A stretch of 64,000 nucleotides of DNA, taken from Octopus sinensis (Eukaryota). The number at the start of each line of letters is the position of its first letter. The first letter of the stretch is position 1. Positions 1 to 12,712 of this stretch are shown one piece after another. The position numbers were made by a program, and so were the translations under genes. The DNA lies in the NCBI RefSeq assembly GCF_006345805.1, contig NC_043005.1:26412001-26476000 (forward strand), written 5' to 3'. The notes below the pieces were generated by a model. It saw only the letters and a program-made list of their open reading frames with translations. It searched no databases and had not been told where the DNA came from.

Positions 1-460
1 GAGATCTCGAGTTGCGCATGAGAAAGTAACGAGGGATGTCAGGAAAGGCATCGCTGTTGCACTTCCAGATGGTAAGGGTCTTCCTATGATGCTGACATGC
101 AGTATCTGTGCAAGACCCCTGCCTCAGTAAAGTTGGACTCAAGAGTTATCTTCATAGTCATAAAGCGAGACAGTTGATTGACAACCAGGCCACTGGTGGT
201 GGTGGTGTTACATACCATACTAATCATATCTGTCAGGCATGTGGAAGGGAGTGTAATTTGGCGGGAGGACTTAAACGACATGCAAAGGTACATAAAGCCC
301 AATTACAATTACAGCCGGCTATTGCCGGTAAAGGTTTTAGCTGCCAATTCTGTACAAGATATTGTAGATCTTTAGCTGGGCTAAAAGTCACATTTGATCA
401 CAGCACCAATAACAGTTAAGCCTCGTGCAATGGCCATACTCGATAACGAGGGGGCGGCCA
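1..460 (+). mobile_element. RTE-clade LINE 3' end (frameshifted ORF C-terminus with three C2H2-like fingers), followed by (CATA)n
   Basis: Manual translation across frameshifts gives CSICARP/CLSKVGLKSYLHSH, CQACGRECNLAGGLKRHAKVH, CQFCTRYCRSLAGLK and a terminal MAILDNEGAAII. This resembles RTE C-termini (CxxCGRxCxSxxGLxSH). A homologous copy lies at 58352-58692. Confidence 0.7.
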
Positions 461-471
461 TCATACATACA

Positions 472-552
<81 letters not shown>

Positions 553-584
553 GTATATATATATGTGTGTGTGTGTATGTATGT

Positions 585-852
585 ATGTGTGTGTGTCTGT
601 GTATGTTTGCGTGTCTGCGTTTGTCCCCCCCCAACATCGCTTGACAACCGATGCTGGTGTGTTTACGTCCCCGTAACTTAGCGATTCGGCAAAAGAGACC
701 GATAGAATAAATACTAGGCTTACAAAAAATAAGTCCTGGGGTCGATTTGGTCGACTAAATTGCGGTGCACCAAACATGGCCACAATCAAATGACTGAAAC
801 AAGTAAAAGAGTAAAAGAGTAAAAGAGTAAAAGAGTAAAAGAGTAAAAGAGA
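585..852 (+). mobile_element. SINE family B, 3' half with (GTAAAAGA)n tail
   Basis: Matches the 3' half of the complete copy at 22543-23010 (ttgacaaccgatgctggtgtgtttacgtccc...gactgaaacaagtaaaaga). Confidence 0.85.
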
Positions 853-1097
853 ATGGTTGAGGGAAAATGTTTGGGTTAGATTTCTTTGCCCACTGAGAGA
901 CGGTTGGTTCCTGGTTTGGATCAAAATAAAGGAATCAATAACGGTAAGGTGGAGAACGGACAAAGACATTACAGTGTCTCATAGAGTATCTCACGTTATT
1001 TATTCTAAGTCTCTGTACTGTGAGATCAAATCTCACGGAGACCAGCTTTGACTTTCATTCTTTAGGGGGTGGATAAAAATAGATGTCAAATAGTATT

Positions 1098-1320
1098 ATT
1101 TACTACCCACAAGGGGCTAAACACAGAGGGGACAAACAAGGACAGACAAAGGGATTAAGTCGATTATATTGACCCCAGTGTTTCACTGGTACTTAATTTA
1201 TCGACCCCGAAAGGATGAAAGGCAAAGTCGACCTCGGCGGAATTTGAACTCAGAACGTAGCGGAAGACGAAATACTGCTAAGCATTTCGCCCGGCGTGCT
1301 AACGTTTCAGCCAGCTCACT
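1098..1320 (-). mobile_element. SINE family A (tRNA-derived), full copy
   Basis: Reverse complement has an A-box-like head (GAGCTGGC) and B-box GAGTTCAAATTCC; more than 15 homologues in the window. Confidence 0.85.
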
Positions 1321-1915
1321 GGGAGGAGTTGAGAGTAGGAGAGAGAGAGACAGACAGAGAAAGACAGAGAGAGAGAGGGGGCAGACAGACAGACAGACAG
1401 AGTGACAGACAGCCAGAGACAGAGAAACACAGAGACAGGCGGAGAGAGAAGAAAGAAGAGAGAGAAGAAGATGAAGAGAGACAAAGAGAAGATCCTCTAG
1501 CTGGAGAGATGCACACCTTGGTGAATGAAAGAATGGTTGGCTGGTTGGCTGGCTAGCTTGCTGGCTAGTTTGCTGGCTGGCTGGCTGGCTGGCTGAATAG
1601 ATGAATGGATGGATGAATAAATTAATGGAGGGATTAATGAATGAATAAATAACGGAAGCCTGGAACTAAAACAAAAGATTGTTATAGTAGTTCTTGCATA
1701 AATTTTTTCCATATTGCTTTGCTTTGTTTCCGCTTTATGTTCAACATATTGAATAATTAAATAAAACCTGTATTTATAAAAAAAAAAAAATCATGCTTTA
1801 GTTTTGAATGCAAAATAGATTTACACGGCCAAGTGAAAAGTCATTGTGACCCAGAAGTGGCGCTCAAAAATTTTGGTGGCTCACAGCGATATTGGTATAT
1901 TTAGAAAAATGTGTT

Positions 1916-2566
1916 GTACATACATACATACATACATACATACATACATACATACATACATACATTCATGCATACATACATGCATACATGCATACGTACA
2001 TACATACATACATGCATACATACATAATACATACATACATACATACATACATACAGGCATACGTGCATATACACATACGTATATACATACATACATATAT
2101 GCATACATACATGCATATATGGTGGCTGCCCCCTCGTTATCGAGTATGGCCATTGCACGAAGCTTAATTAATGTTGTTATCGTGCAATGCCTGTGCAAGA
2201 AGATATTTTTTAAGTGCATATATACATACATACGTACATACATACATACATACATACATACATACATACATACATACATACGTATATACATACATACATA
2301 CATGCATACATGCATGCATACATACATACATACATACATACATACATACATACATACATACATACATGCATGCATATATACGTACATACATACATGCATA
2401 CATGCATGCATGCATACATACATACATACATACATACATACATGCATGCATGCATGCATGCATACATATATACATACATACATACATGCATACATACATA
2501 CATACATACATACATACATACATACATACATACATACATACATACATACATACATACGTACATACA
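1916..2566. repeat. (CATA)n microsatellite block containing a ~50-bp RTE 3'-tip fragment (2118-2166, minus strand)
   Basis: Direct reading; ggctgccccctcgttatcgagtatggccattgcacgaagcttaa is the reverse complement of the RTE end at 58645-58690. Confidence 0.9.
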
Positions 2567-2879
2567 TTTCTACGACTTCACCAACTCTTCTGACCCTCTA
2601 ATTCCCTCTATTGTAATCCCATGGATTACCATATGTGGGGTGCGGTTGAGAAGGACACCAACCGCTCTACCCGCAATATCAAGGCCGAATTGGAGGTGTT
2701 TGAAGGAAAAGATGCTCCAGATTCCGAAGTCTGAAATACCCATTTAGCAATGCCACCATCACAGTTTGGTAATTTTTGTCCGCTACATTTATATTTCTGT
2801 ATTTTTTAGCACTACACGTTTATAAGAGATGTTTCCTTGGTAGAGTCTGAATGCGACGATGACCTGGGGGCGACTCTAG

Positions 2880-3082
2880 GTCTCGAGTTTGATAGGGTTG
2901 ACCATCGATACTAGCGACTGTGCTTGCGCGGTTTGGCCTAGGCCTTGGCTTCCTCAGGTGATTTATCGCTTTGTACTACAACATTGACTCGATAGTTCGG
3001 GTGAACGGTTTCCTTTCAAAACCGTTCTGCATCACACGGTCGGTTCGTCAAGGATGTCCGCTCTCTCCACTTATGTATGTAT
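2880..3082 (+). pseudogene. L1/Tx1-type reverse transcriptase fragment
   Basis: Encodes FDRVDHRY and LYYNIDSIVRVNGFLSKPFCITRSVRQGCPLSPLMYV (RT motif RQGCPLSP); interrupted by stops and truncated by a SINE. Confidence 0.8.
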
Positions 3083-3110
3083 ATATTCCACCAGCATTTT
3101 TTAGTTTTGA

Positions 3111-3476
3111 AGGTGAGCTGGCAGAAACGTTAGCATGCCGGGCGAAATGTTTAGCGGTATTTCGCCTGCCGTTACGTTGTGAGTTCAAATTCCGCCGAGA
3201 TCGACTTTGCCTTTCATCCTTTCGGGGTCGATTAAATAAGTACCAGTTACGCACTGGGGTCGATGTAACCGACTTAATCCGTTTGTCTGTCCTTGTTTGT
3301 CCTCTCTGTATTTAGCCCCTTGTGGGTAGTAAAGAAATAGGTATTTCATCTGCCGTTACGTTCTGAGTTCAAATTCCGCCGATGTCGACTTTGCCTTTCA
3401 TCCTTCTGGGGCCGAGGTAATCCACATAATCTCTTTGTCTGCCCTTGTTTAGCCCTCTGTGAGCAATAAAGAAATA
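3111..3476 (+). mobile_element. SINE family A, head plus two tandem bodies
   Basis: Head, body, junction aaagaaata|ggtatttc, then a second body. Confidence 0.85.
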
Positions 3477-3814
3477 ACTATAAGCGTATGTGCGAGCGGA
3501 TTAATTTGTGCTCTTGTAGTGGGTGTTTTTAAATACACAAGTGCGCGCGCACGTGTGTGTGTGTGTGTGTGTACCTGCGTGCGAGTATTCTTTAATTTGG
3601 ATATAAAAGCTGTAAGTTTTCTCACCAGTTCTCCATAGATGTTCTCTTTTTCCTCGATTGTTGACGAAACATTCACATCCGCCTCGCAGCTGCTCCCTTC
3701 AGCTGCACGACTTTTGTTTCCCGTGCCGTAGAATAATATCTGGCCAGCTGTGTTTACACCGGGTCGATGTTTTTATTGGAATATTCCACCAACATTCTTT
3801 ACTTTTGAAGATAA

Positions 3815-4860
3815 GGCGGCGAGCTGGCAGAAACGTTAGCACGCTGAGCGAAGTGCTTAGCGGCATTTCATATGTCTTTACGTTCTGAGTTCAAATTCCG
3901 CCGAGATCGACTTTACATTTCATCCATTCGGGGTCGATAAATTAAGTCCCAGTTCCGTACTGGGGTCGATAAATTAAGTACCAGTTTCGTGCTGGGGTTG
4001 ATAAATTAAGTACCAGTTGCGTACTGGGGTCGATAAATTAAGTAACAGTTTCGTACTGGGGTCGATAAATTAAGTAACAGTTTCGTGCTGGGGTCGATAA
4101 ATTAAGTAACAGTTTCGTGCTGGGGTCGATAATTTAAGTACCAGTTGCGTACTGGGGGCCGATAAATTAAGTAACAGTTTCGTACTGGGGTCGATAAATT
4201 AAGTAACAGTTGCGTACTGGGGTCGATAAATTAAGTCCCAGTTGCGTACTGGGGCCGATAAATTAAGTAACAGTTTCGTGCTGGGGTTGATAAATTAAGT
4301 AACAGTTTCGTGCTGGGGTTGATAAATTAAGTACCAGTTCCGTACTGGGGTCGATAAATTAAGTAACAGTTTCGTGCTGGGGTCGATAAATTAAGTAACA
4401 GTTCCGTACTGGGGTCGATAAATTAAGTACCAGTTCCGTACTGGGGTCGATAAATTAAGTAACAGTTTCGTGCTGGGGTCGATAAATTAAGTACCAGTTG
4501 CGTACTGGGGTCGATAAATTAAGTACCAGTTCCGTACTGGGGTCGATAAATTAAGTAACAGTTTCGTGCTGGGGTTGATAAATTAAGTAACAGTTTCGTG
4601 CTGGGGTTGATAAATTAAGTACCAGTTGCGTACTGGGGGCCGATAAATTAAGTACCAGTTGCGTACTGGGGTTGATAAATTAAGTACCAGTTGCGTACAA
4701 GGTTTGGTAAACTAAATACCAGTTGAGTACTGGGGTCGATAAACTAAGAACCAGTTGCGTACTGGGGTCGACAAATTAAGTACCAGTTGCGTCCTGTGGT
4801 CGATCTAATCGACTGGCTCCCTCCCCAAAAAAGTTCATGCCTTGTTCTCGGATAGATAAA
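3815..4860 (+). mobile_element. SINE family A copy inflated by an internal 32-bp minisatellite
   Basis: Normal head and B-box at 3815-3930, ~27 copies of ctggggtcgataaattaagtaccagttgcgta, then the normal tail (gatctaatcgactggctccctcccc). Confidence 0.9.
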
Positions 4861-5130
4861 GCTCTTTACTTCTGAAGGTGTCGGTACATCCTGACACTTG
4901 TAGGCCTTTGGCATGGCCATCATGACAAACCTTCCTGCGGATTGTACCATTGTCAGATAGTTTTAGGGAATATGTTGTGCCTCATCAGAAGTAATATCTT
5001 GTTAATATTTTGGGGTTGCTGCTAAATATTTGGGTGATATCTTCCTCATTACTGTGGCACTATCGACATTTTTCTATCCACATTGTAGGTACATTCTTAT
5101 TTCCCCCGTTGATCATTCATTTGACGTGTA

Positions 5131-5554
5131 CGTACATGTATAAGAATATACGTACGTGTATAAGAATATACGTACGTGTATAAGAATATACGTACATGTA
5201 TAAGAATATACGTACGTGTATAAGAATATACGTACGTGTATAAGAATATACGTACGTGTATAAGAATATACGTACGTGTATAAGAATATACGTACGTGTA
5301 TAAGAATATACGTACGTGTATAAGAATATACGTACGTGTATAAGAATATACGTACATGTATAAGAATATACGTACGTGTATAAGAATATACGTACGTGTA
5401 TAAGAATATACGTACATGTATAAGAATATACGTACGTGTATAAGAATATACGTACGTGTATAAGAATATACGTACGTGTATAAGAATATACGTACGTGTA
5501 TAAGAATATACGTACGTGTATAAGAATATACGTACGTGTATAAGAATGTACGTA
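5131..5554. repeat. 20-bp minisatellite (cgtacgtgtataagaatata), ~21 copies
   Basis: Exact 20-nt period; three units per 60-nt line. Confidence 0.97.
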
Positions 5555-5563
5555 GGTACATGT

Positions 5564-5815
5564 GAAGGCAAATGGCCTTGATGTTGAGGTGTTCGCTCAT
5601 TCATGATCGCGAGATCACGGTTTCGATCCCTGGGCGTTGTTCTGCGATCACTTCGGCATTTGACACGTGGCAAGCCGTGCACCTTGTACAAGCAATGTCG
5701 ATTTGACGGAAGGAACGAACGAATGTACAGCGCAAATACTAGACTACTATAAACAAATCATCTGAGCGCCTTCTTCTGCAAGAAGTTGCGAAATCCTCAT
5801 CCTTCATTTAAGACA
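5564..5815 (+). mobile_element. Probable tRNA-headed SINE (separate family, single copy here)
   Basis: A-box-like TGGCCTTGATGTT and B-box GGTTTCGATCCC at tRNA-like spacing. Confidence 0.4.
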
Positions 5816-5974
5816 GGGTACTTCATCACGTACGTGCGTGCGTTTGCGAGTGTGTGTGTATCCTTACAGACGTCGCAAGGACCCGTATAGGTAAAGATAC
5901 AGTTTGACCTGTTGCCTCCGCTAAATATGATATACATACGTACATAGATACATAATACATATATACATATATAC

Positions 5975-6010
<36 letters not shown>

Positions 6011-6014
<4 letters not shown>

Positions 6015-9000
6015 CAACAATTGAGGGTAAAATTAGTTAATTATTAATCAATTTCACCAAGTGTTCAGTATGCAAAGGGACCATTCAAGGCGAATTCAAA
6101 TTATTACATTATATAAAAGGGCTTAGTAAAATAAATTACTTTGCCGCATACTGAACTCATTAGAAATAGCAGCCAAAAAACTTTTTTAAGGCTATTTCTA
6201 ATACTTAAAGAAAATCTCTCTCATATATAGTGTTTGCATAATTTAACTCACAAAAGTTTGGGGGTAATGACATCGAAAAATCAAATGCTAAGGTTATTCG
6301 AGAACGTACGTTTCAAGATTAGTCAAAACAACATTTCTATCATCGGCTCGGAAATTCCTTGGTTTGGATTTGGAAACACTGAAAATAAGAACATACCCTC
6401 TCGAAGATCTGCTCCCAACTAACAGTGTCAACAAATTCAAAATAAGCAAGCGAAGAATCTCTGTTCTCCCCTTTCCACCAGCGTGGGTTAAAATCATCAA
6501 ACTCTATGCTTATTTCGGTAAAGTCCGAAGCATTAATCAGAGGGAGATTAATTATAATTTCAACAATTGAGGGTAAAATTAGTTAATTATTAATCAATTT
6601 CACCAAGTGTTCAGTATGCAAAGGGACCATTCAAGGCGAATTCAAATTATTACATTATATAAAAGGGCTTAGTAAAATAAATTACTTTGCCGCATACTGA
6701 ACTCATTAGAAATAGCAGCCAAAAAACTTTTTTAAGGCTATTTCTAATACTTAAAGAAAATCTCTCTCATATATAGTGTTTGTATAATTTAACTCACAAA
6801 AGTTTGGGGGTAATGACATCGAAAAATCAAATGCTAAGGTTATTCGAGAACGTACGTTTCAAGATTAGTCAAAACAACATTTCTATCATCGGCTCGGAAA
6901 TTCCTTGGTTTGGATTTGGAAACACTGAAAATAAGAACATACCCTCTCGAAGATCTGCTCCCAACTAACAGTGTCAACAAATTCAAAATAAGCAAGCGAA
7001 GAATCTCTGTTCTCCCCTTTCCACCCGTGGGTTAAAATCATCAAACTCTATGCTTATTTCGGTAAAGTCCGAAGCATTAATCAGAGGGAGATTAATTATA
7101 ATTTCAACAATTGAGGGTAAAATTAGTTAATTATTAATCAATTTCACCAAGTGTTCAGTATGCAAAGGGACCATTCAAGGCGAATTCAAATTATTACATT
7201 ATATAAAAGGGCTTAGTAAAATAAATTACTTTGCCGCATACTGAACTCATTAGAAATAGCAGCCAAAAAACTTTTTTAAGGCTATTTCTAATACTTAAAG
7301 AAAATCTCTCTCATATATAGTGTTTGCATAATTTAACTCACAAAAGTTTGGGGGTAAGACATCGAAAAATCAAATGCTAAGGTTATTCGAGAACGTACGT
7401 TTCAAGATTAGTCAAAACAACATTTCTATCATCGGCTCGGAAATTCCTTGGTTTGGATTTGGAAACACTGAAAATAAGAACATACCCTCTCGAAGATCTG
7501 CTCCCAACTAACAGTGTCAACAAATTCAAAATAAGCAAGCGAAGAATCTCTGTTCTCCCCTTTCCACCAGCGTGGGTTAAAATCATCAAACTCTATGCTT
7601 ATTTCGGTAAAGTCCGAAGCATTAATCAGAGGGAGATTAATTATAATTTCAACAATTGAGGGTAAAATTAGTTAATTATTAATCAATTTCACCAAGTGTT
7701 CAGTATGCAAAGGGACCATTCAAGGCGAATTCAAATTATTACATTATATAAAAGGGCTTAGTAAAATAAATTACTTTGCCGCATACTGAACTCATTAGAA
7801 ATAGCAGCCAAAAAACTTTTTTAAGGCTATTTCTAATACTTAAAGAAAATCTCTCTCATATATAGTGTTTGCATAATTTAACTCACAAAAGTTTGGGGGT
7901 AATGACATCGAAAAATCAAATGCTAAGGTTATTCGAGAACGTACGTTTCAAGATTAGTCAAAACACAATTTCTATCATCGGCTCGGAATTCCTTGGTTTG
8001 GATTTGGAAACACTGAAAATAAGAACATACCCTCTCGAAGATCTGCTCCCAACTAACAGTGTCAACAAATTCAAAATAAGCAAGCGAAGAATCTCTGTTC
8101 TCCCCTTTCCACCAGCGTGGGTTAAAATCATCAAACTCTATGCTTATTTCGGTAAAGTCCGAAGCATTAATCAGAGGGAGATTAATTATAATTTCAACAA
8201 TTGAGGGTAAAATTAGTTAATTATTAATCAATTTCACCAAGTGTTCAGTATGCAAAGGGACCATTCAAGGCGAATTCAAATTATTACATTATATAAAAGG
8301 GCTTAGTAAAATAAATTACTTTGCCGCATACTGAACTCATTAGAAATAGCAGCCAAAAAATTTTTAAGGCTATTTCTAATACTTAAAGAAAATCTCTCTC
8401 ATATATAGTGTTTGCATAATTTAACTCACAAAAGTTTGGGGGTAATGACATCGAAAAATCAAATGCTAAGGTTATTCGAGAACGTACGTTTCAAGATTAG
8501 TCAAAACAACATTTCTATCATCGGCTCGGAAATTCCTTGGTTTGGATTTGGAAACACTGAAAATAAGAACATACCCTCTCGAAGATCTGCTCCCAACTAA
8601 CAGTGTCAACAAATTCAAAATAAGCAAGCGAAGAATCTCTGTTCTCCCTTTCCACCAGCGTGGGTTAAAAAAATCATCAAACTCTATGCTTATTTCGGTA
8701 AAGTCCGAAGCATTAATCAGAGGGAGATTAATTATAATTTCAACAATTGAGGGTAAAATTAGTTAATTATTAATCAATTTCACCAAGTGTTCAGTATGCA
8801 AAGGGACCATTCAAGGCGAATTCAAATTATTACATTATATAAAAGGGCTTAGTAAAATAAATTACTTTGCCGCATACTGAACTCATTAGAAATAGCAGCC
8901 AAAAAACTTTTTTAAGGCTATTTCTAATACTTAAAGAAAATCTCTCTCATATATAGTGTTTGTATAATTTAACTCACAAAAGTTTGGGGGTAATGACATC

Positions 9001-11483
9001 GAAAAATCAAATGCTAAGGTTATTCGAGAACGTACGTTTCAAGATTAGTCAAAACAACATTTCTATCATCGGCTCGGAAATTCCTGGTTTGGATTTGGAA
9101 ACACTGAAAATAAGAACATACCCTCTCGAAGATCTGCTCCCAACTAACAGTGTCAACAAATTCAAAATAAGCAAGCGAAGAATCTCTGTTCTCCCCTTTC
9201 CACCAGCGTGGGTTAAAATCATCAAACTCTATGCTTATTTCGGTAAAGTCCGAAGCATTAATCAGAGGGAGATTAATATAATTTCAACAATTGAGGGTAA
9301 AATTATTAATTATTAATCAATTTCACCAAGTGTTCAGTATGCAAAGGGACCATTCAAGGCGAATTCAAATTATTACATTATATAAAAGGGCTTAGTAAAA
9401 TAAATTACTTTGCCGCATACTGAACTCATTAGAAATAGCAGCCAAAAAACTTTTTTAAGGCTATTCTAATACTTAAAGAAAATCTCTCTCATATATAGTG
9501 TTTGCATAATTTAACTCACAAAAGTTTGGGGGTAATGACATCGAAAAATCAAATGCTAAGGTTATTCGAGAACGTACGTTTCAAGATTAGTCAAAACAAC
9601 ATTTCTATCATCGGCTCGGAAATTCCTTGGTTTGGATTTGGAAACACTGAAAATAAGAACATACCCTCTCGAAGATCTGCTCCCAACTAACAGTGTCAAC
9701 AAATTCAAAATAAGCAAGCGAAGAATCTCTGTTCTCCCCTTTCCACCAGCGTGGGTTAAAATCATCAAACTCTATGCTTATTTCGGTAAAGTCCGAAGCA
9801 TTAATCAGAGGGAGATTAATTATAATTTCAACAATTGAGGGCAAAATTAGTTAATTATTAATCAATTTCACCAAGTGTTCAGTATGCAAAGGGACCATTC
9901 AAGGCGAATTCAAATTATTACATTATATAAAAGGGCTTAGTAAAATAAATTACTTTGCCGCATACTGAACTCATTAGAAATAGCAGCCAAAAAACTTTTT
10001 AAGGCTATTTCTAATACTTAAAGAAAATCTCTCTCATATATAGTGTTTGCATAATTTAACTCACAAAAGTTTGGGGGTAATGACATCGAAAAATCAAATG
10101 CTAAGGTTATTCGAGAACGTACGTTTCAAGATTAGTCAAAACAACATTTCTATCATCGGCTCGGAAATTCCTTGGTTTGGATTTGGAAACACTGAAAATA
10201 AGAACATACCCTCTCGAAGATCTGCTCCCAACTAACAGTGTCAACAAATTCAAAATAAGCAAGCGAAGAATCTCTGTTCTCCCCTTTCCACCAGCGTGGG
10301 TTAAAATCATCAAACTCTATGCTTATTTCGGTAAAGTCCGAAGCATTAATCAGAGGGAGATTAATTATAATTTCAACAATTGAGGGTAAAATTAGTTAAT
10401 TATTAATCAATTTCACCAAGTGTTCAGTATGCAAAGGGACCATTCAAGGCGAATTCAAATTATTACATTATATAAAAGGGCTTAGTAAAATAAATTACTT
10501 TGCCGCATACTGAACTCATTAGAAATAGCAGCCAAAAAATTTTTTAAGGCTATTTCTAATACTTAAAGAAAATCTCTCTCATATATAGTGTTTGCATAAT
10601 TAACTCACAAAAGTTTGGGGGTAATGACATCGAAAAATCAAATGCTAAGGTTATTCGAGAACGTACGTTTCAAGATTAGTCAAAAAAACATTTCTATCAT
10701 CGGCTCGGAAATTCCTTGTTTTGGATTTGGAAACACTGAAAATAAGAACATACCCTCTCGAAGATCTGCTCCCAACTAACAGTGTCAACAAATTCAAAAT
10801 AAGCAAGCGAAGAATCTCTGTTCTCCCCTTTCCACCACCAGCGTGGGTAAAATCATCAAACTCTATGCTTATTTCGGTAAAGTCCGAAGCATTAATCAGA
10901 GGGAGATTAATTATAATTTCAACAATTGAGGGTAAAATTAGTTAATTATTAATCAATTTCACCAAGTGTTCAGTATGCAAAGGGACCATTCAAGGCGAAT
11001 TCAAATTATTACATTATATAAAAGGGCTTAGTAAAATAAATTACTTTGCCGCATACTGAACTCATTAGAAATAGCAGCCAAAAACTTTTTTAAGGCTATT
11101 TCTAATACTTAAAGAAAATCTCTCTCATATATAGTGTTTGCATAATTTAACTCACAAAAGTTTGGGGGTAATGACATCGAAAAATCAAATGCTAAGGTTA
11201 TTCGAGAACGTACGTTTCAAGATTAGTCAAAGCAACATTTCTATCATCGGCTCGGCTCGGAATTCCTTGGTTTGGATTTGGAAACACTGAAAAAAGAACA
11301 TACCCTCTCGAAGATCTGCTCCAACTAACAGTGTCAACAATTCAAAATAAGCAAGCGAAGAATCTCTGTTCTCCCCTTCCACCAGCGTGGGTTAAAATCA
11401 TCAAACTCTATGCTTATTTCGGTAAAGTCCGAAGCATTAATCAGAGGGAGATTAATTATAATTTCAACAATTGAGGGTAAAAT
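6011..11483 (-). repeat. Tandem array of ten ~545-bp units plus 23 bp, each unit with a hammerhead-like motif on the minus strand
   Basis: Unit starts (atttcaacaattgagggtaaaa) at 6011, 6557, 7101, 7646, 8191, 8737, 9281, 9825, 10370, 10916 and 11461; units differ mainly by 1-nt indels; left end abuts (TA)n. Confidence 0.97.
6299..6350 (-). ncRNA. Degenerate minimal type I hammerhead-like motif (first of 12 copies in the array)
   Basis: Minus strand reads CGAG-CCGAUGA-(25 nt)-GAAA-C-GUAC-GUU-CUCG. Helix I is CGAG/CUCG and helix III is palindromic (ACGUACGU), but the core has U4C and helix II is weak. Confidence 0.5.
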
Positions 11484-12287
11484 TTCCAAATCCAAACCAA
11501 GGAATTTCCGAGCCGATGATAGAAATGTTGTTTTGACTAATCTTGAAACGTACGTTCTCGAATAACCTTAGCATTTGATTTTTCGATGTCATTACCCCCA
11601 AACTTTTGTGAGTTAAATTATGCAAACACTATATATGAGAGAGATTTTCTTTAAGTATTAGAAATAGCCTTAAAAAGTTTTTTGGCTGCTATTTCTAATG
11701 AGTTCAGTATGCGGCAAAGTAATTTATTTTACTAAGCCCTTTTATATAATGTAATAATTTGAATTCGCCTTGAATGGTCCCTTTGCATACTGAACACTTG
11801 GTGAAATTTATTAATAATTAACTAATTTTACCCTCAATTGTTGAAATTATAATTAATCTCCCTCTGATTAATGCTTCGGACTTTACCGAAATAAGCATAG
11901 AGTTTGATGATTTTAACCCACGCTGGTGGAAAGGGGAGAACAGAGATTCTTCGCTTGCTTATTTTGAATTTGTTGACACTGTTAGTTGGGAGCAGATCTT
12001 CGAGAGGGTATGTTCTTATTTTCAGTGTTTCCAAATCCAAACCAAGGAATTTCCGAGCCGATGATAGAAATGTTGTTTTGACTAATCTTGAAACGTACGT
12101 TCTCGAATAACCTTAGCATTTGATTTTTCGATGTCATTACCCCCAAACTTTTGTGAGTTAAATTATGCAAACACTATATATGAGAGAGATTTTCTTTAAG
12201 TATTAGAAATAGCCTTAAAAAGTTTTTTGGCTGCTATTTCTAATGAGTTCAGTATGCGGCAAAGTAATTTATTTTACTAAGCCCTTT

Positions 12288-12293
<6 letters not shown>
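11483..12293 (+). repeat. Inverted ~1.5 copies of the 545-bp unit, ending in (TA)n
   Basis: Reverse complement of the unit; unit boundary at 11847; hammerhead-like motifs at 11509-11560 and 12054-12105. Confidence 0.95.
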
Positions 12294-12330
<37 letters not shown>

Positions 12331-12363
12331 GTGTATTTATTTATACACACACATATATATATG

Positions 12364-12432
<69 letters not shown>

Positions 12433-12475
12433 TTATTTATACACCACATCTATATGATATATATATATATATATG

Positions 12476-12712
12476 CAAATAAATGAAAGAATGGAGTTGA
12501 ACGACGATTTAACAAAATTCCTTTATTCTCGACATATGTTTTCGAAGACTGCATATTCCTAATTTCGAAGGAATAAGGGGTGCATTGATGAGAAGGCGGC
12601 ATAATGCACCCCTTATTCCTTCGAAATTAGGAATATGCAGTCTTCGAAACATATGTCGAGAATAAAGGAATTTTGTTAAATCGTCGTTCAACTCCATTCT
12701 TTCATTTATTTG
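12476..12712. repeat. Long inverted repeat, ~110-bp arms with a 16-nt spacer
   Basis: Arms 12476-12586 and 12603-12712 are reverse complements apart from one indel. Confidence 0.95.

Noticed and set aside
1846-2747. Long ORFs of HTYI/MYVC repeats (also 39474-40141, 43208-43614, 51610-52202, 57962-58409)
   Set aside because: Translations of (CATA)n, (TA)n, (GATA)n and (CA)n microsatellites, which lack stops in some frames.
3929-4795. CRISPR-like appearance of the 32-bp repeat
   Set aside because: No unique spacers, no cas genes, eukaryotic context; the unit is SINE-internal.
6234-12170. Recurrent 62-118 aa ORFs in the array
   Set aside because: They repeat only because the DNA repeats, are broken by indels between units and show no recognisable domain.
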